A stretch of 63,068 nt of DNA, the filler included. It is 8 parts of 8 records of this genome, joined end to end, with 100 filler letters (N's around TTAATTAATTAA, not from the genome) between each part and the next. Parts side by side here need not be neighbours in the genome. Positions count along the whole stretch, not along the records: positions 1 to 8,535 come from SRR31147125_31515; positions 8,636 to 14,305 come from SRR31147125_31587; 6 more parts are not named here. One strand, 5' to 3'. Every line of letters begins with the position of its first letter. Position 1 is the stretch's first letter. The notes under the pieces were generated by a model that searched no databases, was not told the DNA's origin, and saw nothing but the letters and a program-made list of their open reading frames with translations. Below, in pieces: positions 1 to 10,550 of this stretch. The translations under genes were made by a program, and so were the position numbers.

Positions 1-1081
1 CTATTGCATTGATATACTCCAGTAATTCTTCCGGTTTATAGAATTTATCGAATTCAACCTTAGAATTCAAATCAAAGAATTCAACGTCTCGATCCAATCT
101 ATCTTTTAAGAAACCTCTTAAGTTAGCAAAGTGTGCGCTACCGCCGTAAATCATAATTTTGTGAATTTCGTTGTCAGAACTACGGGTAGTGTAGTATTGA
201 AGGACTTTGTTCACTTCATCTGCAACTTCTTCAAAATAATCATTTAACTCTACTTCTACTCTTTCAGACACTCGCATTGAATCCACTTCTTCCTCAGATA
301 GACTCTCATACTGTGTCACTTTTTTATGTAATTTGGTTAAATCAATTTGATGTTTATACTCCACAATTTCTTCTGGAGACAAGCCCAAATTGTTATTAAT
401 TAAATCATTTGAAATGCTCGATCCAAATCTAAGTAAACGGTTGAACTTGTATTCATGCTGATCGACAAATGTAACGTCTACTAGTTTATGCCCAAAATCA
501 ACAAAGGCTATACTTTGATACAAACTGTTGTCCAAGCCAATTTCAATAAGTTTTTCCAATGAATTTGAATGAATGTCTAGATACACCGGATTCAAACCAC
601 AACTATCAATGAACTCGTGATGTATCTGAACAATTTCCTTAGGCATTGCACCAATAAGTACTTTAGTTTTCTCAACATCATCCTCAACCACTTCGCCTAC
701 AGTTTTATACTGGATAACGTAGTTGTCCACATTGATCGGTAAATACTGCCCTACTTCATATGTAACTAGATCTAAACGATCCTCTTCGTCGACTTTTGGA
801 ATAATGAGATCCCTTTTAATCAATTCAGTACTCTCAATTGTCACAACGGTATCTTTTGTTTTGATACCGGCTTCTTTTAAAGCACTTTGAATAATTGATT
901 TCAGTTCCATTGTGTCTTGAATCTTCCCATTCACATATACTTCTGGGTTGATTGCCACAGTATGAATATTTGATACCTTCAAACGATCACCTAAGAACTG
1001 ACCCTCTGCAAATTTTATACTATGACTGCCTAAATCAATGGATAGAATCTTTTTATTACGTCTTCTACTCGCACGTTTCAT
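1..1081 (-). CDS. pilM: Type IV pilus assembly protein PilM (3' end cut by window edge)
   Basis: Not in the ORF track. Manual translation gives MKRASRRRNKKILSIDLGSHSIKF...AFVDFGHKLVDV...IMIYGGSAH, the actin-like PilM/FtsA motifs. AAGGGGG RBS upstream; directly after pilT. Confidence 0.9.
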   Translation of the reverse strand, partial: MKRASRRRNKKILSIDLGSHSIKFAEGQFLGDRLKVSNIHTVAINPEVYVNGKIQDTMELKSIIQSALKEAGIKTKDTVVTIESTELIKRDLIIPKVDEEDRLDLVTYEVGQYLPINVDNYVIQYKTVGEVVEDDVEKTKVLIGAMPKEIVQIHHEFIDSCGLNPVYLDIHSNSLEKLIEIGLDNSLYQSIAFVDFGHKLVDVTFVDQHEYKFNRLLRFGSSISNDLINNNLGLSPEEIVEYKHQIDLTKLHKKVTQYESLSEEEVDSMRVSERVEVELNDYFEEVADEVNKVLQYYTTRSSDNEIHKIMIYGGSAHFANLRGFLKDRLDRDVEFFDLNSKVEFDKFYKPEELLEYINAI

Positions 1082-1097
1082 TGGAGGCCCCCTTTTA

Positions 1098-2150
1098 CTA
1101 AATTATTTCTCGCAGGATTGTTTCTCTATTTGTAACATTATCAATCAGTACTTGCTTTTTAATAATGTTACGTTTATATAGTGTTACCAAATAGTCATCC
1201 ATTGTTTGCATCCCTAGTTTTTGCCCTGTTTGAATGAATGAATCTAATTGATGCACTTTATTATCTCTAATTAAATTTCTTACAGCTGATGTCACAATTA
1301 AACTTTCAACTGCTGGCACCCTACCATCCCCATATTTCCTAGGTAAGAGCCTCTGTGAAAATATTGCCATTAATGAATTGGCAAGCTGCACACGAACCTG
1401 TTGTTGTTGATGTGATGGAAAGACATCAATGATTCTCTCAATGGTCTGAGAAGCATTACGGGTATGAAGTGTCGCCAATACCAAGTGACCTGTCTCTGCA
1501 GCTGTAATGGCTGTTGACATGGTCTCTAAATCTCTCATTTCACCAACCATAATAACATCAGGATCTTGACGCAAGCCTGCACGTAAAGCTGCTGAAAAGT
1601 CATTACAATCACGCCCCACTTCCCTTTGAGTGATCATACATCTCTTATTTCTATGGACATACTCTATAGGATCCTCAATGGTCAGTACATGACAATTCTT
1701 ACGGGCATTAATAGCATCAATAATAGATGCTATGGTTGTACTCTTGCCACAACCAGTAGGACCTGTAACAAGTATCAAGCCAGAGTTGTAATTTGCCACA
1801 TTCTTTATGCCCTCTGGCAATGCAAGCTCATCAAAGGTTGGAATCTCATCTGTAATAATTCGACAGGCCATACCAAAGTATTCAGAATATCGATACACGT
1901 TAATACGAAAGATATTCTCACCCGGTATCCTATAGGCCAAATCAACTTGTCCCAAGTCCATCAAATCTTTATATTGTTTATCATTGAGGATACTCCTAGC
2001 AAAACCACGAGTATCCTCATCATTTAAAACTTTATCATTCAAAGCAACCAATCTACCATCTACACGTATTGTCGGTGCATTACCAACAGATAGATGCACA
2101 TCAGATGCATGATGCTTGACTGCCATCCTTAATATCTCTGTAAAACTCAT
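1098..2150 (-). CDS. pilT: Type IV pilus retraction ATPase PilT
   Basis: ASDVHL, Walker A GPTGCGKSTT, TIEDPIE, LRQDPDVIMVGEMRD, TGHLVLATLH and AVRNLIRD (AIRNLIRE-like). Confidence 0.95.
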   Translation of the reverse strand: MSFTEILRMAVKHHASDVHLSVGNAPTIRVDGRLVALNDKVLNDEDTRGFARSILNDKQYKDLMDLGQVDLAYRIPGENIFRINVYRYSEYFGMACRIITDEIPTFDELALPEGIKNVANYNSGLILVTGPTGCGKSTTIASIIDAINARKNCHVLTIEDPIEYVHRNKRCMITQREVGRDCNDFSAALRAGLRQDPDVIMVGEMRDLETMSTAITAAETGHLVLATLHTRNASQTIERIIDVFPSHQQQQVRVQLANSLMAIFSQRLLPRKYGDGRVPAVESLIVTSAVRNLIRDNKVHQLDSFIQTGQKLGMQTMDDYLVTLYKRNIIKKQVLIDNVTNRETILREII

Positions 2151-2178
2151 GTCCTTGCCCTCACTTACAACTTGTGTC

Positions 2179-5097
2179 TTATTCTATAATTTTGATGTAA
2201 TCAATTTCAAACGAGCCTGTATTAGCATCACGACATGGGAAAAATTTCATTCTTCTTAAATTACTTGCTGTCCATTTGCTTACAACACTCATATCTATAT
2301 AATACTCGTGGAATTCACCATCCATAATAGGTGTAAAGTCAAGCCTCGTGTCGCCACCGAAATTTCCATCAGCGTTGGTTATGAAATCAATTCGACTATA
2401 AGATCCATTAGTGTCTGCACTAATCTTCATTCTAATTTTAAGCGTTCTATAATCTGAAGAGTCTATATCTAGATTATCAGGAGAACGTAATCTGCCTTTT
2501 GTAGAATCAAAATCTGCACTTACGGTATAATCATTAGCCGTATAATTATCAAGATCATTATCTGCATCCCAACCTTCAGTACTATCATTAAAGTTCCATT
2601 GAGGGACAATCCACTTCTCCATTAAATAAGCCTCAACTAAATCTCTATCTTCATCACTTAAAGTACGATCATATATTATTATTTCACCAATGGATCCATT
2701 TAGAGGATCGACATAACCACTCCCTGCACCACCTATTGCAATATTATTCGATTGGTTTACTTCAGCATTAATATTATCATGTCCGCTTATGGAATCATAA
2801 TTGATCCAATAATTATGATCACTTCCATCCCATATAGAAGTATGAAGATTATAATCAAACAACTTGTCGCTATCATATGAAGATTTATTATTGGCATTAT
2901 CACCTTTTAGCACATGCTGAAACTTGTCATCATAACTCATTCCAAATGTATACGTCGCATAAGTACCCCAACCACCAGATTTACTAAAAAATGTCTCATT
3001 ACTGCTTGTATCATCAGCTTGAGCAATTATAAATATCGAGAAATCGGAAGCTGTAGATTTTGGTTCGAAAGTTACACCAGTCATGGTATGCGTTCCAAAA
3101 GTAAGAAAATCATTACCATCAAACAAAATAGTATCTAAACCATACCTTACATTCTCATTAACAGTAGGTTTATAATTCCCATTCGTTTGAACAAAGTCAT
3201 TATCCTCATCCGACTGATCATTCCATTTTTCAACTCTATCACTTGAGTCTGTTTCAATTCCTAAAGCAGGATCTAAGTGTAAGATGTAGTCCGTTGGCAT
3301 TGTATCTAGAAGCTCGTATACGGTAACTACACAAGTAGCCTCATACCCACCATCAACAGTAGTTGCAGTAATTGTAGCAACCCCTTCACTTATAGCTAAG
3401 ACAACTCCAAATGAATCCACTTCAGCAATAGCACTATCACTACTTGACCATGTTACACTTTTATCAAAAGCTTCATCTGGTAATACAGTTTCTTCAACAA
3501 GTCCTTCTTCACCTACAAGCAAACTCAATGTAGATGGAGTAACTGTAATACTTTCAGGATGAATAGGTTCAAGAACATTAACACTTAACGTCATTGATTT
3601 TGTATCATCTTGAACTGATGTACCAGTTGCAGTCGCCAGACCAACAACACTTGTGTCAATATCATGATTCCATGTTACAGCTACATAACTATTGGGACCA
3701 TATGCTAAATCTGCAAGAACACCAGTTGGCATTACAAATGTATCATTTTGATAAACCTCATCAGCCATATCAAACAAGGAAATAATTTCTCCAACATAAT
3801 CAAGTGGCATGTACTTATCTCTTAAATAATCTTCAATCTCATCAATTTCTGTTTGTGTTAAAGCACCCTTATATATTACTATCTCAGCTATATCTAAGTC
3901 ATTATTACCAATATCAAATATATCACTATCTGCAGTATAAGAACCTGTAGGAATCTCTGGAGATACAAGCGTCCAACCATTACTTATTGCTTCACCTGTT
4001 ACATAAGTTGAAAAAGAACCATTTACCATAAAAGCATCTGTACTCAATCCTTTAGCTACTGCAAAAACATATAATTCTTCACCTACAACTACTGAAGAAT
4101 CATGATCAACACCAAGATGCTCAGAAGCATCAAAGTCTACATACTTACCTACAAAATCACCATCAACACCAAATTCTATCATTGTTGGCCTTGAAGCATC
4201 GCTATATTTCTCAGCATCCTTTGAATGATCTGAAGTATCTAACCATTTTTCAACTTTATACTCATCCGATTCTTCTGATATATATGTTGAATCAGCTTGA
4301 TCAATCATTACACCATCTAAATGCAAAATTACATCACTACCTGAATCATATATTGGTAATCCCGATATAAAGACAGGATCACTTGCAACAGTTTCGCCAA
4401 TTTTACCTGATTTAGCTGCAGGAGTTGCAGTAAAAACAATATGTCTATTCCCATATGATGTAATATCATCAAGTGTTCTATCCGTATCCTCTGGAATTAA
4501 AACATAATCATTTGGAAAACTAGGATACTTCGTACCCATTTCATACTCAGGGACAACTGTGTTTGGAAACGGAATATTGAATCCCTCTCTTGAAACATAC
4601 CAATTTGTATTAGTAACTAACAACTCGTCAATGTGTTCTGTGCCCAGTGTGTACTCACCATACACATCCCCCTCTGAAACAGGGTACAGATGAGTAACTG
4701 GAGAATCATTATATCTCAACGTTGCAGAAATTGTTTCAACTTCTGGCACATCAAATGTTGGCATTTCAGCATTGGTGATTACTGTATTCATGGTTCTTCC
4801 AGTACTTGAATCAGTATAAGATACCTCATAAATATTAACATCAATACCACTTTCAAAAACGTCCGTCAATTGAGTCGACCCCAATGCTAAGGGATCATCA
4901 ACGATTGTCTGTTTTATATCAGCTATTTCTATTTCCATCTCTCTTTGCATAACAAACGTTGTTTCAGTCGTTTCTCTATTCTGTTGTATAAAATTCAAAT
5001 TATTTGAAATAACAGTTAAGAAGCCTACTGATAATATACCCAGTAAAGCAATTGAAACAATTATTTCAACCAGTGTAAATCCTCTTTTATTCAACAT
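2179..5097 (-). CDS. Giant modular minor pilin (972 aa): pilin, LamG/ConA-like, two Ig-like, LamG/ConA-like and CBM-like domains
   Basis: Class III signal RG|FTLVE. Internal repeat LHLD..VEKWxDxS..EIxIY..L...YLxxK[YW]. Big_2 signature SVTWSSSDSAIAEVD..GVATITATTVDGG. C-terminal WNFNDSTEGW..EIDYIKI beta-sandwich. Confidence 0.8.
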   Translation of the reverse strand: MLNKRGFTLVEIIVSIALLGILSVGFLTVISNNLNFIQQNRETTETTFVMQREMEIEIADIKQTIVDDPLALGSTQLTDVFESGIDVNIYEVSYTDSSTGRTMNTVITNAEMPTFDVPEVETISATLRYNDSPVTHLYPVSEGDVYGEYTLGTEHIDELLVTNTNWYVSREGFNIPFPNTVVPEYEMGTKYPSFPNDYVLIPEDTDRTLDDITSYGNRHIVFTATPAAKSGKIGETVASDPVFISGLPIYDSGSDVILHLDGVMIDQADSTYISEESDEYKVEKWLDTSDHSKDAEKYSDASRPTMIEFGVDGDFVGKYVDFDASEHLGVDHDSSVVVGEELYVFAVAKGLSTDAFMVNGSFSTYVTGEAISNGWTLVSPEIPTGSYTADSDIFDIGNNDLDIAEIVIYKGALTQTEIDEIEDYLRDKYMPLDYVGEIISLFDMADEVYQNDTFVMPTGVLADLAYGPNSYVAVTWNHDIDTSVVGLATATGTSVQDDTKSMTLSVNVLEPIHPESITVTPSTLSLLVGEEGLVEETVLPDEAFDKSVTWSSSDSAIAEVDSFGVVLAISEGVATITATTVDGGYEATCVVTVYELLDTMPTDYILHLDPALGIETDSSDRVEKWNDQSDEDNDFVQTNGNYKPTVNENVRYGLDTILFDGNDFLTFGTHTMTGVTFEPKSTASDFSIFIIAQADDTSSNETFFSKSGGWGTYATYTFGMSYDDKFQHVLKGDNANNKSSYDSDKLFDYNLHTSIWDGSDHNYWINYDSISGHDNINAEVNQSNNIAIGGAGSGYVDPLNGSIGEIIIYDRTLSDEDRDLVEAYLMEKWIVPQWNFNDSTEGWDADNDLDNYTANDYTVSADFDSTKGRLRSPDNLDIDSSDYRTLKIRMKISADTNGSYSRIDFITNADGNFGGDTRLDFTPIMDGEFHEYYIDMSVVSKWTASNLRRMKFFPCRDANTGSFEIDYIKIIE

Positions 5098-5114
5098 AAA
5101 TGTCGCCTTCCCTC

Positions 5115-6539
5115 TTAATAATCAGGTCCTCTTACGTGCCACAAATCCATTAAAATATCATCTGTAATATCACCAAACACTTGACTCAAATCCAAATCAT
5201 CTGTAAAAGGATAAACAGCATCGTTATCCGGATCAGTTAAATCGAGATTTGCACCAGCTGCTGTTGCAATCTTATTAACACTATTAAGCTCAGAAGCTAC
5301 TTTTGAAAATCCTATAACATAAACAGTTATACCTTCTGCTTTAATTTTATCTCCTATCAACTCAACATATCTATCAGTATAGGTACTTTCCGAACTACCT
5401 GGACCAATAATACCTTCATTATCCGAATTGCTATAATAAATAGTTAAATTATCTTGATAGCCATCATCAACTTTATATTTATCATCACCTGTTCCAGTAC
5501 CATCACTTGTTGCAAATGTTGTAATACCATCAACAAGAATAATCATATAATGACTTGTCGTATAATCAGAACCATAGTCAGCTAATGTAGTAATATTATT
5601 TTTCATATACATATTTCTATAATATGCTCTTCTCATACCGTCTCCAGTATTTGTTCCACCATTTGCCGTTAGCCCACTCACCTTTGTTAACAAGGTTGTC
5701 TTCTCAGTACCATCACTTAATGTATAAAAAGGATGATCCTCAGAAGATGACTCAGACGTTGGAGATGGATAATTAGCAGACGTAGAGAACGGAACAATAG
5801 ATAATTCAATTAATTCTTCCTCAGATAAAGTGTTTATCATATCAGCAAGAGCAGTTCTCATTTCAGCAATTCTTATTGATGTAGTCGAGTCAGAAGGATC
5901 AAGCCTATAACCCATACTACCTGATACGTCTAAAACCATTGTTATTGTTCCAACTATTTGATTAGTAGGTCTATCATCTGATCTGTAGGCAATTGCTACA
6001 GCAGCAGTTGAAGCCGTACCACGATCAACAACCTGAAGTGAATTCAACGCTTCAATCTCAGAATCAATTACAATTTTATCGACACTAGAATTATCAGAAG
6101 TGCCAACAATTTCATACTTAATTAATTTTTCATTATCAGGATTCACTTCAAAAGTTATATCATAAGTAATACCATCTTGTGCTTCAACAAGCACATTTTT
6201 ATAGTGATCTAAAACACCACTACGTTCTTCATAAATATACTCAACAATTTCAGAACCATCAGCTGTCACACCAAAGTAATTCCATCCATCTGTTAAGTTA
6301 CTTTCAAAAAAGCGACCTTCCGCTACTGTAAAAATAGCGGATGAATATCTAAGTACATTATTAGTATTTTCACTTGCTATTCTCATGGCAGATTGAAGTT
6401 CATACTCTTCTGTAGTCACGTCGTGAGCTTCAAAACTCAAAAATATCATATTATAACTTATACCAATCACACTAGACATTATTAAAACGGTTACTATTAG
6501 CTCTACCAAACTAAAGCCTCGTTTACATTTTTTTAACAT
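5115..6539 (-). CDS. Minor pilin with C-terminal von Willebrand A domain
   Basis: Class III signal RG|FSLVE; MIDAS residues LDVSGSM, GGTNTGDG and ILVDG. Confidence 0.88.
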   Translation of the reverse strand: MLKKCKRGFSLVELIVTVLIMSSVIGISYNMIFLSFEAHDVTTEEYELQSAMRIASENTNNVLRYSSAIFTVAEGRFFESNLTDGWNYFGVTADGSEIVEYIYEERSGVLDHYKNVLVEAQDGITYDITFEVNPDNEKLIKYEIVGTSDNSSVDKIVIDSEIEALNSLQVVDRGTASTAAVAIAYRSDDRPTNQIVGTITMVLDVSGSMGYRLDPSDSTTSIRIAEMRTALADMINTLSEEELIELSIVPFSTSANYPSPTSESSSEDHPFYTLSDGTEKTTLLTKVSGLTANGGTNTGDGMRRAYYRNMYMKNNITTLADYGSDYTTSHYMIILVDGITTFATSDGTGTGDDKYKVDDGYQDNLTIYYSNSDNEGIIGPGSSESTYTDRYVELIGDKIKAEGITVYVIGFSKVASELNSVNKIATAAGANLDLTDPDNDAVYPFTDDLDLSQVFGDITDDILMDLWHVRGPDY

Positions 6540-6552
6540 TTAATCATCTCCA

Positions 6553-7013
6553 TTAATTGGAATAATTTTCTCTTACAACACGATTATAATTTAACGGATC
6601 CACTCGAAGAACACTTCGGTTTGTATAAATTGACCCCGTAACTGTTCCTATAGATTCAACTTGAATCCAACGTTTCCCATCTATTGTATTATTGCTAATA
6701 CTGACATTTGCTACTCCGATTACATCCGTACCATTCATAACTGAATATGAGTACATGACATCACTTTTAGTATCAGTCCATAAGTCCAGATAAATGTTAC
6801 TTCCTCCAATATCACTGATTAATGCAGCATACCCTATTTCCACACCTGCTAAAGCAACATAATATGCATCTGTTCTATCAGATTGCCAATCAGTCTCCAA
6901 TATGTCTTGAGCAGCAATGTAGATTATTGAAGGAATCAAAATCATAAACACCATAAAAAAATCAATGTCCAAACTAATGCTACACCGTTCTTATTATTAA
7001 TTTTTTTAATCAT
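6553..7013 (-). CDS. PilX/GspK-like minor pilin, split by a frameshift at the A7 run 6955-6961
   Basis: Adding one base gives MIKKINNKNG|VALVWTLIFFMVFMILIPSII...AYYVALAGVE, a PilX-type N-terminus with no Glu5. GGAGA RBS upstream. Confidence 0.75.
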
Positions 7014-7030
7014 CGAATCATCTCCATTCA

Positions 7031-7071
7031 TTCCATCAAACCAAGTGGCAATACCACCTCGTTGGATGGAA
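7031..7071 (-). promoter_or_regulatory. Intergenic stem-loop after the major pilin gene
   Basis: TTCCATCCAACGAGGTGG-TATTG-CCACTTGGTTTGATGGAA, an imperfect inverted repeat with no U-tail. Confidence 0.55.
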
Positions 7072-7089
7072 CAAACCATCCATATTAAT

Positions 7090-7461
7090 TTACTCTGCAA
7101 CAACTTCTCCATTTGCTGCTTTTGTAAAAGAACCAGCGCCATCTGATTGTGTCGGCATTTCTTTCAAATAGCCCGCAGTTACTAAATTACCCGCAGTAAT
7201 ATTTGTTCCAGCAATTGCTCCTGCATTAGTAAGAGTAACATCTTCATACGAACCAGATGAATTCGTATTAGCTAAGTAGATATTAATAGCACTCTCAATA
7301 GATTTAATGTTTGCTTCATCAGCAGTAGCACCTGCATTAGAAGTTACACCAGCAAATCGAGGCAATGCTATTGCAGCTAAAATACCCAAAATTGCAATTA
7401 CAACAATTAATTCAATTAATGTAAATCCACCTTTTCTCTTTTTACTTAAAGCTTTCATCAT
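7090..7461 (-). CDS. pilA: Type IV major pilin
   Basis: KKRKGG|FTLIELIVVIAILGILAAIALPRF; small and Ala/Gly/Thr-rich; strong AAGGAGG RBS. Confidence 0.88.
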   Translation of the reverse strand: MMKALSKKRKGGFTLIELIVVIAILGILAAIALPRFAGVTSNAGATADEANIKSIESAINIYLANTNSSGSYEDVTLTNAGAIAGTNITAGNLVTAGYLKEMPTQSDGAGSFTKAANGEVVAE

Positions 7462-7514
7462 TTTAATTTCCTCCTTTTCATTTTAATGAATTAAGTATAT
7501 ATCTTAATGTATTT

Positions 7515-8535
7515 CTAACTACTCATGTTTGAATACATATCAAACATTGGAAGCATCATAGAAATAACAATAAAACCAATAATTACTGCCATAACAACAA
7601 TCATAAGTGGTTCAATCATCGCCACTAAACGTTGCAAAGCCGATTCCAATTCTTCATCAAAGTAATCAGCTGTTTTCTCTAACATACTATCAAGAGAACC
7701 TGCTTCTTCACCTATATTAACCATAGAGATTACCATTGGAGGGAAAATCCCTACTCCTCTAAGGAGAACGCTTAAACTTGATCCTTTTCTTATCTCTTCT
7801 GTAACATCTTGAATCCCGTCAATTAACACTAAATTATTTGTTACATTAGCCGAAGACTCCAAAGCATCTAAAATTGGAATTCCAGAGCTCAATAAAGTTG
7901 ATAAAGTTCTTGTAAACCTCGATGTTAAAATTTGTTTTATAGGACCTTTAATCAACGGCAAACTTAACAATATCTTATCCCAAGTTTTTTTCCACTTGAA
8001 GTACTCAACAATCCTCTCATCCCAAAAGTTAATGTAAGTAAAACAACGAGATAAAAGTACCAATTTGATATTAACGAATCACTCACATTCATTAGAAACT
8101 GCGTTGCACCAGGCAAATCATCACCAGTAGTTTGAAACATACTAACAAAAGTTGGCATAATATATGTTAACATGAATATTACAACCGTAACAGTAAGTAC
8201 CGATAATATCGCTGGATAAACCAAGGCTCCTTTTATCTTATTATTAATCTTATCTTCTTTAGTATAATGTTCCGCCATTCTCTCAAGTACTTCATCAAGA
8301 TTACCAGTCATCTCTCCTGCTTCAACCATAGATATAAGGAGTACTGGGAATACTTTAGGAAAATTTTTCATTGAAACAGAAAGGATATCTCCCTTCTGTA
8401 CTTGTAGTGCCATCTCTTTAACAGTTTTCCTAAGTGTCTTGTTATCTGATTGAGCTGATAACACGTCGAGTGCAGTTATAAGTGGCATACCTGCTTGAAG
8501 CATTGTAAATAATTGTTTGCAGAAAACGGCAAGAT
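7515..8535 (-). CDS. pilC: Type IV pilus platform protein PilC (5' truncated; frameshift at T7 7985-7991)
   Basis: Two T2SS-F repeats: FCKQLFTMLQAG..GEMTGNLD..YPAI and RFTRTLSTLLSSG..GEEAGSLD..IEP. ORFs 7964-8503 and 7515-8063 join with one added base (SSGKKTWDKILL). Confidence 0.92.
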
Positions 8536-8635
8536 NNNNNNNNNNNNNNNNNNNNNNNNNNNNNNNNNNNNNNNNNNNNTTAATTAATTAANNNNNNNNN
8601 NNNNNNNNNNNNNNNNNNNNNNNNNNNNNNNNNNN
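8536..8635. other. Artificial contig spacer (N44-TTAATTAATTAA-N44)
   Basis: Identical 100-nt spacers with a stop-codon linker also occur at 14306-14405, 24385-24484, 30218-30317, 36922-37021, 46933-47032 and 57631-57730. Genes are truncated and composition shifts at the joins. Confidence 0.98.
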
Positions 8636-9255
8636 TCTTTTAAAAACTCAACTATTTCTTCAAGTTCTTCTTTTTCTTCATCAGCACCTGCAACATTTGC
8701 AAATGTTATTTTTTGCTTTTCTGAATCCACTACTCTAGCTCTTGATTTGCCAAAGTTCATAGCTTTGTTATTTGTAGTATCAACCTGCTTCATAAACAGT
8801 CTGAATAATATAAATATGATTACACCAGTAATTAAATATGGCAGAAGCGCAATCAAAATACTAGTATTCTTAACCTCAGTTGCATAGGTAATCTTGATAT
8901 TCAAATCAACTGTTGTGATTGTATTTTCAGTTTTCCCAGCGTTTTCTACATATTCCAGAGCAACTGCTTTTAAATCACCTTCTAAATCGGAAACATTGGT
9001 AGTGTTTACTACAAAGTCATATTTTTTTGGAAATTCATCTTCTTCAATTTCAGAATCTTTATAAAGTCCATAAACTTTAGTTTCTACAATATTTATTGAA
9101 CTAACATTCTTATCCTTAAGCTGTTGTATAAATTCATTATATGCTAATTCATCTGGCTGTTGCGGAGACATGGTTGCGAAATAACTCGCCGCTATAGTTA
9201 CACCAACTAGCACTAATAATACTAAAAAACCACTAAGGGTTTTATTTTCTTTCAA
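8636..9255 (-). CDS. ftsH: ATP-dependent zinc metalloprotease FtsH, N-terminal part (3' truncated)
   Basis: Two TM segments, then [36 protein letters not shown] start with AAGGAGG RBS. Confidence 0.93.
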
Positions 9256-9328
9256 TTATATTTCCTCCTTGAATATATATGTTAATTGTTTTCTATATTT
9301 AATGCTGTATAATACACACAGTCTTTTT

Positions 9329-9357
9329 ATTATATCACTTGACCTTTTATTAAGCAA
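9329..9357 (-). promoter_or_regulatory. SigA-type promoter for ftsH
   Basis: TTGCTT-N17-TATAAT with an extended TG on the minus strand. Confidence 0.6.
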
Positions 9358-9506
9358 CTTAATTATTTATTAAGATTACTTGAAAACTTTTGACCAAATA
9401 TGTCAATATTGCACATTTTATTACTATCTTTATCTAATATTATTAAAGATAATCAAATTAAAGTAAGTAACTATATCACATTTTAATAGTTACTATACAT
9501 GATATT

Positions 9507-10310
9507 CTAACGCTTTTTAATAAGCTTGCTTACAATATCTTTTACAAGTCTATCTGGGTTAAATCTATCTTTATAGGTGCTTATATCTGCTTTGGGCATA
9601 TCTTTTTTAGGGTAAGTAATATCCTTATAATCGAATTGATTTAAAAGATGGCTAATACAATTTATGCGTGCATGTTTTTTTACATCGGCCTTTATGATAT
9701 TCCATGGGCTATTATTTGTATCAGTATGTTCAAACATCACATCCCTAGCCTTTGAGTACTCATCCCATTTACTCATAGATGCTAAATCAATAGATCCTAG
9801 TTTCCAGCGTTTAGTAATGTCATTATTTCTATCATTTAATCTTTTTAACTGCTCTTTTTGGCTAACAGAGAACCAATACTTAATCAATATAATTCCTGAT
9901 GAAATTAACAAATCTTCAAACTTTGGGCAATCACATAAAAAGTCTTCATATTGCTCTTTGTTACAAAATCCCATTACCTTTTCAACACCTGCTCTGTTAT
10001 ACCAGCTCCTATCAAACAAAACCATCTCGCCTGATGCGGGTAAATGAGAAACAAACCTTTGAAAATACCATTGATTTGTTTCTCTTTCTGTAGGTGCAGG
10101 CAGTGCAGCAACTTTGCAAATTCTCGGATTCAGCTTTTGTATAATCCGCTTTATAGTCCCTCCTTTGCCTGCTGCATCTCTTCCTTCAAATACTACTACA
10201 ACTTTTTTATTGTTTTCTTTTATCCACTGTTGTAGTTTTATAAGCTCAATTTGTAAGCGTTTTAATTCTTTTTCATAAACTTTATTTGATATTACTGTTT
10301 CTTTGTTCAT
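9507..10310 (-). CDS. ppk2: Polyphosphate kinase 2
   Basis: FEGRDAAGKGG, FDRSWYNRAGVEKVMGFC, KYWFSVS. Confidence 0.95.
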   Translation of the reverse strand: MNKETVISNKVYEKELKRLQIELIKLQQWIKENNKKVVVVFEGRDAAGKGGTIKRIIQKLNPRICKVAALPAPTERETNQWYFQRFVSHLPASGEMVLFDRSWYNRAGVEKVMGFCNKEQYEDFLCDCPKFEDLLISSGIILIKYWFSVSQKEQLKRLNDRNNDITKRWKLGSIDLASMSKWDEYSKARDVMFEHTDTNNSPWNIIKADVKKHARINCISHLLNQFDYKDITYPKKDMPKADISTYKDRFNPDRLVKDIVSKLIKKR

Positions 10311-10345
10311 TGTAAAATACCCTTATTTTGTAATTAATATTTGTA

Positions 10346-10374
10346 ATTATAGCACTCAATACATTAATATTCAA
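10346..10374 (-). promoter_or_regulatory. SigA-type promoter for ppk2
   Basis: TTGAAT-N17-TATAAT with an extended TG on the minus strand. Confidence 0.6.
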
Positions 10375-10550
10375 AACATTTTGTAGTAATAATTATTATT
10401 AGAATTCAACTATTTACAATTTGTTAATTAATTATCATATTGAAAATATATCCATACTATGATAACCTTTATATACATATTGTATCTATGTTATTAGCTG
10501 TATACATAATAACTTTTACCATATGAAAGATGATAAATGGGAGAATGAAA

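Noticed and set aside
6955..7991. Phase variation of pili by slipped-strand mispairing in the PilX-like gene and pilC
   Set aside because: The runs are only 7 nt, and the same kind of defect affects housekeeping genes (pyrB, pyrC, pepN) on other contigs. Sequencing error is the simpler explanation.
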